A DNA stretch of 64,000 bases from Paecilomyces variotii (taxonomy: Eukaryota), in NCBI GenBank assembly GCA_004022145.1, contig RCNU01000001.1; one strand, given 5' to 3'. The position numbers were made by a program, and so were the translations under genes. The first letter of the stretch is position 1, and every line of letters begins with the position of its first letter. The notes below the pieces were generated by a model. The model was not told the origin of the DNA. It saw nothing but the letters and a program-made list of their open reading frames with translations, and did no database searches. Shown in pieces: positions 25,441-39,000 of this stretch.

Positions 25441-28400
25441 GCAAATAAGTAAAGACAAAAATAATATAAATTAAATATTATCTAGATTAATATATATAAT
25501 TATAGTCCTAGTACCCTCCTTTTAAAAATATTAGCTTAAAAGAAGGAGAAGTAAAAGGTTAATAATAAAGTAAGTTTAATATTAAATAAGGGTTTAGCTT
25601 AGGATAAAAGAGAGCAGATAAACTAAAGATAAGAATATTTAAATTTTTTAAAAGAAGGGAGGGACTTAAGAATAAATAAAATAGAAGAGCATATATATAT
25701 TATTAAAAAAATAAGGCTAGACTCTTCTAATTACTAAAAAAAGAAAATATTAAATAAAAAACATAAAATAACAATAAAAAAATCTTACTTTATATTAAGA
25801 ACCTTACTTTTTTACTTATAAATACTATTAGAAAACTTAAGTCTAATTATTTTATACCCCCTTTTTATACTAAATATTGCTAGACTAAAACTATTATATA
25901 ATCTTACTAAGCCAAAATAAAAAAAAATATATTTTAAATTTAAAATATTATTCTATAGAAATAGTTACTAAAGTTTAATATAAATACTTATATAACTATA
26001 AGAGAAATCTATAATTTTATAAAGAGAGCAATTATTATAATAAAAGATAAACTAAAAAAGATTAAATTTATAACTAGAGTAGCGGCTATTATTATAAAAT
26101 TTTAGATTAAATAAAATAAGGCCGCGGCAGATTATTATAAGTTTTTAAAATAATAAAAGCTTTTAGAAGAAGCTTAAGCTAAAGAGAAGAGAGCTATTAA
26201 GGAACTTAAAAAATTAATAAAAAGAGTAAGAAAAAATAAAAATTATATAAATAAGAGATATATAATAACAGTAGAGATATAGAGAAAATAAGTAGTTAAT
26301 TAGCTAATAATATAAGCTAAGAAAGCCTATTAAACCTTAATAGTATTAAAAAAAATTATAAAATAAATTAAGAAATAGAGAATAACAGCTATCTACTTAA
26401 TATAAGCTTAAATAAATAGATTATTAAATATTAAAAAGCCTAGTATATAGCTAAAAAGGAATTTACTATTAATAGATATTAAAAGAGTAAAAGACTTTTT
26501 AAAGAGGATAATTAATAGGAGCAGATAATTTCTATTTAAAGTAATAAAAGCAGAGCTTTAATTAATTAACATATAGATTAGAGAAGACTTTTTTTTAAAG
26601 GAGATTTTAGAGTATAAAGTAAAGAGGATAATTAAAGACTTAGGAGAGAGCTTATTAATTAACTTTATTATTAGTAATAAGGAAGATAATAAAATAGAAG
26701 AAGAGAAAAAGGGTAAAAAAAAAAAAATAAAGAGCTCTAAGAAACCTAAAAGCAAGAAAAAAGTTAAAATATAAGGAAAGAGAAAGTAGGCGGAGGAAGA
26801 ATATAATTATAAGATTAAAATATTAGAATTGCTTAAAAAAGTACTTCTTAGCTAAAAAAGTAAAAAAATATTAAAATTTTTAAGGAAAGAAAGAATTAAA
26901 ACTGCTGCTATATATTAAGTCTATATTAAAAAAGTATAAAATATAATAAGATTAAGGAGTGTAAAAAATAATATCTTTAGAGAAAGGTTAAAAATACTTA
27001 TAGATAATAATAATAACCTTAAATACTAGAATATTAATATAAACTACTAGAAATAGTTCTAAGGGGGATAAAGATTTAATACTAACTTTAAAAATTATTA
27101 CTGCCTAAATAAGGAAAAAACTAAAATATAATCTTAGCTAAATAGACTAAATATAAGCGCTAAAAAAGTTAGAGAAGTCTTGTAATAAGTTAATTCTAAG
27201 AAGATTAATTTAATTTATAAGCTATATATATAATTATTAGCTAATATAATTAATATAAAAGAGAATATATCTATAAAAGAAGCTAGAAGAATATTAAAAA
27301 TAGTTAAAAATATAAAGTTAGTAATAATAAAGCAGCAGAAGAAAGGACTATTTAAAATAATAACTTATTCTTATAGAAGTTTATTTAAAGAAATTAAATA
27401 ATTTATAAGCAAAATTTTTAAAAATAAATAAGTAATAGAACCTCCTAGCAGAGCCTTAAAAACTAATATAAAGCTCTTCTTTTCTACAGTAAACCTAGAA
27501 GACTTTTTTATTAAAAAAGAAACCAGGCACTTAAAAAATATATTAAGAATATTATTAGAAGAGTAGCCGCAGAACTTTTTAAATAATATTAAATTTAGAT
27601 AAGCGCCTCTAGTAATTTAGATTAATAAACTAAAAGGTAAAAGAAGTCTTAATAGCACTTTATCTAAACCTATAAAAACTAAAGAATCTATTAATAATAT
27701 AAAATTAATAAAGCCCTCCTTTTCTATAATAAACTTAGAAGACCCCTTTATTAAGAAAAAAATTAAGCACTTAAAAAATATGCAAAATACTAGAACTATA
27801 TAATTTAAAGATAATTTAGAGGCTAAGTAAATACTAAGCATACCTAGTAATAACTAAGTTAAAAAAAGAATAAAGAGTCTTATTTTAAAAAGTCCTAAAA
27901 ATATAGAAGATAAAAATAATATAAAAGTTAAAGAAACCTTATTTAAAGACTTTCTCCCTAAAAAATCCCTAGTATTAGAGATAATTTAACTATTTAGAGA
28001 TTTTAGATTAATTAATATAAATATTTTTAATAATATACCTAGCAGCTTATATTATAAAGCTTAAGATAACCTATATAAGGCTAAAGAGTATCCTGAATCT
28101 AAATATAGGGATAAAAAATAGTTTAATTTAAATAAAGAAGATTTTACTCTAAATAAAATATAAGACTAATATATTTAGTTAAGTATTATAATAAGGGAAG
28201 ACTTTAATTATTAAGAAGAGAATAAGGTTTTCTAAATTATACCCTTTAAAGGAAAACTAATAAAAGAAATATTATAATATACTACTATAGAAGTAAAAGC
28301 AGCCCTTTATTATAAAAAAAAAAATAAAGAATTAATAAAGCTTAAGAATTTATCTTAGAGTATTTTTTAAAAGATTATTATATAAGATATCTAAGTCTAT

Positions 28401-29045
28401 TTAATCTAGTTAGTATTATATAGTTATAGCAAATATAAGTTACAAATCTAATATTTTAGAAAATATAAGCTAAGAGTATTAAATATAGAGACTATAATCT
28501 TTAAGAGAGAAATAGGCTGGGGCTTTATAACCCTAAAGATTAGACTAATTACTAGAAATAAGTCTAAGAAAACTATAGGTTTAAGAGATATTATACTTAG
28601 ACAGGGAGAAATAATCTTTATTAGCAATTTATATTAGCTAGTATTAAAGAATTAGAGAATAAATCTTAATAATATTTACTATTTTAATTACAGGGAATAA
28701 GATAAGATAAAATCTAATTAAGGAGGATCTAGGCCTTTTAATATTTAGATAAATAAAATTATAGTTATAGGCAGAGCAATACTTAATTAATTAAATTAAA
28801 ATTACTTAAAAGTTAAAGCAGAGCTATATTTTATATTAAAATAAAATATATTATTAGTCTGAGATTATCTGCAAAAAAAAGGAACTTAGCTTTATAAGTT
28901 AAGGGTTTTAAGGTATATATAATACTAGAAACTAGAATATTCCTGCTTTAGAAATAATTTATAATATAAAAAAAAGAAGATAGTATAAATTGCAATAATT
29001 AAGAAAGACAGATAAGGGCATTTATATATAAAGGAAGAGAGGCTA

Positions 29046-29393
29046 TATAATAGGGGGAAATAATAGGGAGGTTTTAAAGATATAATTAGGTTAGCAAGTT
29101 ATATGCTATTATTAAAAGAGGTAGCTTAAATACTTCTAATAAGGTATAAGGGGAGAAAGGGTATTATTAATTAATTAGTTAGTTAATATAGAATAGAATA
29201 AACAATCCCCTCTTAGTTATATTTTAGTATTAATTTAATATTAAAGCAGCCTTTCCTTTATTATACTATCTTATTCTTTAAGCTTCTTTTCTAGCTCTAT
29301 TTTAGGGCCCGAAGACCTAAGCTATCCTTCTCTTCCTCTATATCCTTATGCTCTAAGACTTACTACTAAGTCTTAATACCCTTTCTTATAACA
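29046..29393 (+). repeat. 3' LTR of A4
   Basis: Reverse complement of the 341-bp LTR with a small insertion; follows the PPT. Confidence 0.92.
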
Positions 29394-31853
29394 CTACTAT
29401 TAATAGATATTAAAAAAATAAAAGACCTTTTAAAGAAGATAATTAATAAAAATAAATAGTTTTTATCTAAAGTAATAAAAGCAGAGCTTTAATTAATTAA
29501 TATATAAATTAGAGAGGACTTTTTTTTAAAAAAGATTTTAGAGTATAAAGTAAAGAGGATAATTAAAAATTTAGAAAAGAATTTATTAGTTAATCTTACT
29601 ATTAGCAATAAGGAAAATAGTAAAATAAAAAAAAAAGGGTAAAAAAAGAATAAAGAGCCCTAAAAAACTTAAAGACAAGAAAAAGATTAGAATATAAAAA
29701 AAAAAAAAGCAGGCAGAAAAAGGCTATAATTATAAGACTAAAATATTAAAATTACTTAAAAGGGCGCTTTTTAACTAGAAAGATAAAGAAGTTATAAATA
29801 GCCTTTAATAAGGGGGAACCGATATTAATAAACTCTGTTATAAGCATATTAATAAGATTTAAGTAATACTAAGCATATATATAATAAAAAAAAATTATTA
29901 AAAAAAAGACTAAAGGTGCTTACTAAAAGTAATAATAATTTCTATAATCTATTAATATATAATAAATATTAAAGGTAGTTTTAATATAGCTTTTATTTAA
30001 ATATATTTTTTAAGAATTATAATTATAATAATAAAAATAACTTACTATAATAAAGCTAGATTAGTAATAAATTAATAATAAAAAAGGATATTAAAGAAGT
30101 ATTATATTAGTTAATACTAAGGAAGCTTTAAAAGATTTATAAACCTTATATATGCCTTTTAGCGGGTATAATAGAGGTAAGAAAAGAAATATTAGCTAGA
30201 AATGCTAGAGAAGTTTTAAAAATAATAACTAAAATAATGCTAATAGTTATAAAGTAATAAATAAAGGCCTTCTTTAGAAATATATATTATTTATTAAGAA
30301 TATTATTAGAAGAGCGGCTATAAAACTCTTTAAATAATATTAAATCTAAATAAGCGCCTTTAGTAATTTAGATTAATAAACTAGAAGGTAAAAGAAGTTT
30401 TAATAATATTTTACCTAAATTTATAGAAACTAAAGAATCTGCTAATAATATAGAATTAGAAGAGCTCTTTATTAATATAAACCCTTAGAGTAATAATAAA
30501 TAAGCTAAAAAGCTTTTTAATAAGATAGATAGTAATATAATTAGGGAAGCTATAAAGTTTCTTATAGGTAAAAAAAAATATCTAACCTTTTATTTAAAGT
30601 TTGCTATAGACTTTTATCTAAAACCTAAATACTTTATTTAGTTATATTTATAAAAAAGATATATAGCCCTAAGATTAGCTTTAGAGAAAGATTTTATATA
30701 ATAGGAGCTTTTAAGATAATTTTATATTTTTATATTTTAAAGTAAGAAAGGACTTAATTTATAATACCCTATGCAAAAAACAGAAGTTATATTATATTAT
30801 AAAAAGGAAGTAAATAATAAAACTGCAGGGGTAAAGAATATATTTTAAAATATTTTATAAAAAATTATTAAATAAGATATAAGATATTACTTTATTTAGC
30901 TAGCTCTCTTTAGTAAGTAAAATTATTATTTATAAGTTTATTATAAATAAGAATATATAGAAGGAGATAAAGGAAAAAAGATTATAATCTTAAAAGGTAT
31001 ATAGAGATAGAGCTTAATACCTTTATATTATAAAGCTATTATAAGAGAGCCTTTTAAAAAGAATAATATTACTTTAGAGTAAGAGTAAATATTAATATTA
31101 GATAACTAGAAAATAGTAATATTTAGGGAAAGAAGCTTTAATATAATTAGAATTTATTTCTTTAACTTTAAAGAAGTTAATAAGATAAGAGAAGACTAAA
31201 GGAGAGAAAACCCCTTAAACTTTTTTATCTATAGGGTAACTGCAATTAAAAAGGCTTTTTTTAGGTAAGCTTTATAGGACTCCGCGGAAATATAGGCAGA
31301 GTTATATTTTATATTTATTTAAGATTTAGAAGCTATTAAGCTTTTTTTATAGGACTAATAATAATAGCTTATAAACCTAGCAGTTATTAAATATAAGGTA
31401 TATAAAATATTAGAGAAATCTTATTTTAGGAAGTATTTATAATATAAATAGAAAGAGATTAAGTAAATTAAAATATTAAGATAAAGCAGATAAGAGCATC
31501 TATATATAGAGAAGAGAAAGCTATATAGTAAGGGGAAATAATAGGAAGGTTTTAAAGGAGAGACTGCTTTAATATTAAACTAATATTAAAATATAACTAA
31601 GAGGAGATTATTTATTTTATTCTATATTAACTGACTAATTAATACTCTTTCTCCTTTTATACTTTATTAGAAGTATTTAAGCTATTTCTTTTAATAATAA
31701 TATATAACTTGCTGACTTAATTATATCCTTATATTTTTTAAGCTTCTCTTTTAGCTTTACTTTAGGGCCTAAAGACTTAAGCTACTCTTTTTTTCCTCTA
31801 TATCCTTATACTCTAAGACTTATTACTAAGTCTTAATACCCTTTCCTATAATA
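29394..31853 (+). mobile_element. Family A copy A5, 3' end (variant 3' region; host of A4)
   Basis: Begins in sequence homologous to A4 ~26464; unique block ~30475-31495; PPT gaagagaaagcta; 3' LTR 31524-31853. Confidence 0.87.
31524..31853 (+). repeat. 3' LTR of A5 with internal inversion
   Basis: Ends match 29046-29393 but ~31554-31731 reads in the opposite orientation. Confidence 0.85.
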
Positions 31854-34800
31854 ATAGGATAATATTTCTTTTACTTAAAGGTAATATTTTTATTTATTAT
31901 TAGAGTAAATTAAAATATTATTTAAATAAATACTTATATAGTTATTTAGCAGGTTAAAGAAGAGATTATTTATATATTATTAGAATATAGCCGGTCTATT
32001 AGTAAGCTTAAAAGGAAGTATATAATATTTATAAGTCCTATATCTTATATAGAAGGTTATTAGAGCTTCTAAACTAAGATTTATCTAGATCTTATAAAAT
32101 ACTTATTAAATATTTAACTTTATAAAGATCTTAGCTTAACTAACTCTAGCTAGGGTTTTATTAATTAATAGTAAGGGGTAATAATCTTTCTTTATAATTA
32201 TATTTAGGCGGTAATAATTAATATAGAATTATAGTTCTTTATCTGCTTTCTTTATAAAAAAAATTAATAAAGCAAAGAACTTCTAGCTAGGCGAGATAAA
32301 ATCCTTCTTTAAGTTATTAATTAAATATACTTTAAGTATTTATAGCTTCTCCAGCAATTATTTATAAAGGGGTTAATATTTTAAGGGAATTTCTCCTTTA
32401 AGGTCTATCTTATAGTTATAGGGCCAGTAAAGAGGCAGTTTGTTAAATGCTTATTTAAAAAAGATATTAGAAAAGTTTTTATAGACTATAAAAAGATACT
32501 TATAAATTAGCTTTAAAAGTTCTTATTTTTTTAGCACAGTTAGAGACTTCTATTTAATAATCTTATTAATCTTATATAGGCTAATAGTAAAGACCTTTAT
32601 ATTTTTCTTATATAATACTTATTAAAATCTCTTAGCTCTAATATATATAATATTTAATATTGCCTTAATATTTATCCCTAGGAGATATAGTTTTATAATT
32701 ATTAAAGGCGGAGAATTAAATTAGTCTTTTAATTTATATTATATTTTTATTAGAGCTAATTAGGTATTAACTTATTTAATTTATAGAGGTTAATAATAGA
32801 GAGAATTTTCTTATTTTAAGATTTAAATCTATTTCTCTATCTATAGGTCTCTTCTATTAGCATCTTATTAATATTTAAGATTAATAAGTAGCCTTATTAG
32901 ATTCTCCTTTATAGTAACTAGCTCCTATTAAAATTAATAAGTTTATAGATTATTATATAGCTAAATTAATTATTAGTTTTAAATATTTAAAAGAATAGAT
33001 TTCTCGGCTATTTATTTTTATTTAAAGATTAAGTTATAATAATCTAGGTTAATAATTAATATAAGTAAGTTTAGACAGATTCTCCTATTAATCTTTAAAT
33101 TAATAATAAGAATATAGTTTATCTATTCTCTAATTTGGTTGTTATAGCTGTTAATAAATATAGGTTAATATAGAGGTTCTAGGGAGGCGTTTAAGAACTA
33201 GGTAATTAATAGGACTAATAAGTAATTAAGAAAATAAAGCCTATTTACTTTAAAATTTAGCAGGGTAGAGAGCTTAATACTATATCTATTTTTATAAATT
33301 ATACTAGACTTAATAAAGTAGTTATCCCTTAAAAAGCGACTAAGATTAATCTCTACTAGGTCTTTATTAACCCTTAGGTTAAAGTCTTAATCTAGGGGTT
33401 AGCTTTTTCTAAGTCTTATTTATCTTCCTTTTTTTTAATCTCTAAGTTTTTAATATCTACTATTACTTTCTTTAATAGGCAGTTAATAGCTAGATATCTC
33501 TTTGCCTTATAAAAGAAATACTTCCCTTCTTTTATAAATATCTTACAGTTAGTAGTAAATAACTTAATATTAATTTTAAAAATAAATAAACTACCGCTAG
33601 ATTAGTTAGAAAAAATTTAAAAAAAAGTTTTAATATTTAAGTTCTTATTTTAGCCGGCCTTATAGTTATTTTTATTATTTTTTTAAAGGGTATAAGTAGC
33701 TTAGTAATAAATATCTTTAAAATTATTAAAATCTTTAAATTAGTAATATTAGCTAATAATAAGGCTTTTAAAAAAGGGAGTAATCTTATTATATATCTTA
33801 GTTTAGTAATTATTAGGGTATATACTTACCTTACCTGCTAGTCTTATAAACTCTATATAAAGAGCTAGGGTAAAGAAGCTCTTTAATCGGGGGTAACTAG
33901 CGGACTAGTTAAACAGAATATAAGATAAGAGGTTAAGATATAGGCAAGTAGTAATTTACGCGTAGTAGAGTTAAAGGTCTAGTTTAGGGGTAATTAAAAC
34001 AAATTACTAATCTGTCTAACTTTTATTTCTTTAGGAGGTTTTTATCTATCTATCTAGTCTACTAAATTATTTAAATAACCTAGTCTTAATAGCTCTATCT
34101 ATAACTTAGCTAATCTAACTATTATATATAGATCTAGTTATCTTATTATCTTGCGTTCTTTATCTTAAGTCTTAGCAGGTCTATAATATTAAGTATAGTA
34201 GCCCTTATTTATAATAATATTCTCCTCCTTTAAAAGGCTTATTTTAAGCTGTATAAAGTTTATTATATAGATCTAGATATTTAGCGTAGCTGTAGTAATA
34301 ATAGTAAGTTATTATTAAAGTATGCTTATTATATAAATTTATCTAATATTAGCTTTATTTTAATATTTTTATCTGGGAGATTAGGAGTATTTCTCTTCTT
34401 TGCTAACTAATTCTTATCCTTTTACTTATATATTAAGCTATCTTTTTCCTATTTCTGTAGCTTGTTTAGTGCTGTTTTTAATAATCTAAATATAAAAAGT
34501 GCTAATAATTATATAAGTATATTAAAAATAAGATTTTTAAGTTATTTTCTTCGCAGGTCCTATATATGCGCTTAATATAAGTTATAATCCTTTAAGTTTA
34601 TATAATAGTATTAATTAGTCTAGTAATACCTTCTAAGTGCTTTAAGTGCGTTTTATTTTTTCTAGGCTCTTTTAATAAGACTCTTATACCTGCCTTTATA
34701 ATAGCTAAAGCCTAGCTCTTCTATAGCTAGTTTAATAAGAATAAGAAGTAGCTTAATTTAATTTTTTTTTTATATCTTTAACTGCCGCTGTAATATCAGA

Positions 34801-34951
34801 ATAAATAACTCCTTTTTTACAGATTATACTATTTACCGCTATTAATAATAATAGTAAAGTATTTTTACTAAGGGTATCTATAAAAGATCTCTTAGTAGAA
34901 GAATATTTCTTACTTAAGATACGTTAAGATTAATTTATATCTAGTAATATA
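31854..34951 (-). mobile_element. Ty3/Gypsy element B, 5' half (gag-protease-RT), interrupted by A5
   Basis: Minus-strand de-RIPed motifs: YLDDILIYS (~31900-31930), protease LLDSGANG (~33240-33265), CCHC knuckle GKCFFCKAKGHLA (~33489-33528); right boundary uncertain. Confidence 0.8.
34789..34951 (-). repeat. Putative 5' LTR of B
   Basis: Starts tgtaatatcaga (TG terminus) just upstream of gag; no second copy in window, so right end is a guess. Confidence 0.35.
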
Positions 34952-35816
34952 ATTTCTCTTATATATAAGGAGGTGCAGGCTTATTTATTATATCTTTTTA
35001 AGAGATTAAAATATAGTTATAATAACGCTGCTCTTGCTATACCTATAATAAAAAAAACTCTTACTTAATTAGCTAAGAAACTATAAAAGAGATTAAAAGT
35101 AAAGAAGGTCTTTAATATAAAGACCTAGGGAACCTAAGATGCTATTATAACTCCTATTCCTAGAATTAAAGCTATTATTAAGATACTTCCTTCCTAGATT
35201 AATTTAGCTCTTATAGAGATAGTAATATTAATTATTATTATTAATACTAATATAGTAAAAGATTATTTTACTACCTTTAAGGCAGACCCTATTATAGATT
35301 CTTTTAGCTTAAAGAGTTTAATTAAGGACTTTCTTTTTATCTTATAGGAGATATATTTTTACTATTTAAAAGCCTTAATATAAGATTTAAAGTAATAGTA
35401 TATCTGTCCTTATATTAATATAAAGTATCTTTATTATAAGGGCTTTTATAAGCTATATATTCTTATGCTGCCGGCATATAAGGCTAAATTAACTTATATC
35501 TAGAGTTTTAGCTAAAAGGCTTACCTCTTAGGTAATTTAGAGTTTTTTAATAAGGCTATAAATATATATATCTTTTTTATAGAGGCGTATATATAGAAAT
35601 CTATATTTAAGACTATTAAATATTAGCTTAGTACTGCTACTATCTTACTAACCCTATTATATTTTAAATTAGAGTTATTATATCTCCTTTAGGAGTTATA
35701 TTAAACACTCTATTTATTAAACTATAACCTCTTATATATAGGTAATATATTTACTTAGTTATAGGGACTGCCTCCGCTCTTTAATAAAAAAAAGAAAGAG
35801 GTTATTAAGGGGTTTT
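34952..35816. other. Host segment continuous with 55855-57187 (3' region of element F); coding-like on plus strand
   Basis: Joined to 55855 onward by the GTTTT TSD of C; no recognisable domain. Confidence 0.45.
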
Positions 35817-35963
35817 TATTATGGAGAAGACCTGCGGTCTTACTGCCTTTAGGGCTTACCGCCTTATTTTACTAGTTATAGCATATATATTAGCAACCCC
35901 GCTCCTCGCGGGACTTAGTAGAATTTAACCTTCTTATACCTTTATTTCGTAATGCGGCTAATA
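35817..35963 (+). repeat. 5' LTR of C
   Basis: Near-identical to 55703-55849. Confidence 0.94.
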
Positions 35964-36099
35964 ATTTAATAGCATATCTAGTCTTTCTAAGGCCTAACTA
36001 GAACTAGAACTATTTCTATCTAAGCTTTAAATATTATTTTACTCGAGTCCTAAGTTTTAACAGTTTATAATAATACGCTATAGTTTAATAATATATTAT

Positions 36100-39000
36100 A
36101 TTAAATTAGAATATAGCAGTAATCTGTCTACCCTCCCTCCTAATCTCCCTTATTTTAATAGCGTTTTAATTTACTGCCTTTAGGCAAGATAATAAACTAT
36201 TAAGCTATAAAGATTAGTTTCCCCAGAATATTTTATCGCTTATTAATTTTATTATTACCTTTTACCTTACTCTAAGATTACTCTTAATATTAGCCCTCTT
36301 TATAGTAAATATAATATCCCTAAGAGGAGGACTACTAAGAACAGGCACTTTCTCTTACCCTATAAAATAGACAATTAACTAGTTAACTTTTAACTAGATA
36401 ATAAGCACTTTCTATAAGGCAGCAAGGGATTTATTTAATAATCTTATCTTCTTATCCTAATAAAAAGGATATATTAATATTCTTAAATATAAAGGTATAG
36501 TTAAGCCTGTAAATCTGTTAAGATATACGCGTTTAAGGGTATTATTATTATATACAGACAGTTAAGCACTATTTTCCCCTATTAAATGCCCCTCCTCTTT
36601 TATTAAAAACCCTCCCTCCCCTATTAAACAGCTCTCTTCTTCTTAATAAAATTTCTCTTTTTTAGAAGAGAGCTATTTACCTAGCCTCTTACCTATAAAA
36701 TATCTATTAAAACTATCCTTTCTTTTATTAAAGCTATCTAAATTTCCTCTTAGGCTATTAAAACTACTGCTTTTAAGTATATATAAATCCTTACTTTTTA
36801 CCCCTAAATACCTACTTTTAAGTAGAAACTTAAAGTAGAAATAAAAGCAGAAAGATAAAAATATAATATAGCCTAAATCTAATATTATAGCATTAAATGC
36901 TGGGCCCTTAAATAATATTTTAAATATTAACTTACTATTAGTGCAAATGCTTAAAGAGATTAAAGAATTATTTTAATAAAATTAAGGCATTTTACAGCAG
37001 TTAAGTAAATATCCTATATTAAATAAGGGTATAAAATATGCAAGATAATTAGAACAGGGACAGAATATCGACTATAATAAATCTTATAATAAAATAAGAT
37101 TACTATAAAATACTATAAAATAACTAAAATAAAGATAAGGACAATATATTAATCTTAATAATATATAAGATACTGCCGCAATACCGTTTACAATAATATT
37201 TATAACTTATATAAATAACTTATAAAAGTAAGAAGAACTGGGTTTCTTTTAGCTAGACCTTAGAGATTATAAATATATTAGAATAGGATTTATTATTACT
37301 ATTAGTAATTAGATATACTATAAAAATATTTACTTTTTTATAGAATATATTTAGGACTTTATTTTTATAAAAAGAGAAGAGTAAGTAAGGCTATAAATTT
37401 ATACTTTATTTAAGGGCTAAGCACTTTAATAATACAGCGCAGAGCTATCTAACTTTAAGTAAGATAATTTAAGGGAATATCTAGTTAATAACACCTAAAT
37501 TCTATTATTATTATATTATTTTAAAATAAGCGCTGCTATAATAATTTAAGAGCTTAAAAAACTTAGTTACTTAATAGATAATATTAAAAAAAGGATAATA
37601 TTATAGGCCTTTATCTAAATAATTATTTAACTCTATAAGGCTATAGGAACTTTAAGCTTATATAACTAGCTTCTCTTAGCTTAAAATAAGTTTTTACTAA
37701 GTCTATACTATAATATTATATATTTAAAAGAATATATAATACTGGCATAATTTATTAATTCTATTAATAATGCCTTTATAATTTAGCAAGACTAGGCTAA
37801 CCTTAAAAAGAGTTATTAAAACTAAATATTATAGTACTAACTGCAATACCGCTATTATTAATAGAATTACCCTTATTATAAAATATAATATATAAATAGA
37901 GAGCAGTAGTAAAATTACCCCTATTATAATACTTTTAAACAGTAGACTCTTTCCTAGAGATAATTCCCTAATAATTCTAAGCTAGCTAATAATACTTAAT
38001 AAGAACCGAATAGATATTAGAATAAATATAAATAAAAAGGTTATTTCCTAACTCCCCTAAAATAGCCTTTTACCCTACTATAATAGCTAATTGCAATAAA
38101 ACCCCTAAACTAAGAGTGTCTATAATATATATTTAATATATTTATTAAAAAACCGTTTATAAATATTACAGAGTAAGAATTAAAAGCAGCTAATAATACC
38201 TTATTTAATAATAATCTATATGCTAATAGATTTTACTATAATATATACTTTGCGCAATATAAAGAAGATATTAAAAATAGCTAATATCCTGTTAATAATA
38301 TAAACTATAGATATAATAATATTAGCTACTTTGCCTACTATAGTATTATAAAAGTCTAAACTTATATTTACCGCATTTATAATAGTTTATTTATATTAGG
38401 CAATACCTTATACTGGCATTTAAAAGAGATAAATTTTAAATATTGCAATTCTATTATAATTATAAGAAAAACCCTATACTTGCTATCTAAGATATTAAAA
38501 TATACCCTTATTATAATAGAATAGGGGTTAGCTAAAAGATCTCTAGAAGCAGATAATAAGGGGACTAGAACTAAGCTAATTAAAACTATAATAAGTTAAA
38601 AGAGGAGTATAATAGCCTAAGAAGTTAACCCTAAAGAGATTATAATCTAGGATATTAAATCTATATTAAGCTAGATTATAAACTGACCTACTCTAATAAT
38701 AGGCTAAATTAGCTTTAGAATAAATATTACCCTAAATATAATACTACTAATAGCCAAACTAATAGAATCTATATTACTTAAAATAATGCTTAACTTTACA
38801 GATAGAAAAGAGCCTAGTAATATAAAGGTACCTTTAGATTTAAAGGATAATTGCAATAAAACTTTAATAGTACTATTATTGCTATTTATAAGAATATTAT
38901 AATTAATTTAATTAACAGCAGCTCCTTAACCGCAGAGATTTAAATACTCCTTTTAGAGATAGCACTATATTAAAGCTAATACCTATATTATTAGGTTTAA

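Larger units (their letters stand above)
22166..29393 (+). mobile_element. Family A copy A4, plus strand (RT to 3' LTR; host of A3)
   Basis: Reverse complement of A1/A3 sequence; PPT aaggaagagaggcta 29031-29045; 3' LTR 29046-29393 ending ...ataaca. Confidence 0.9.

Noticed and set aside
26558-26755. 65-aa hydrophobic ORF
   Set aside because: Antisense to a purine-rich stretch of A4; hydrophobicity is compositional
27617-27841. 74-aa hydrophobic ORF
   Set aside because: Same artefact; antisense within a repeat
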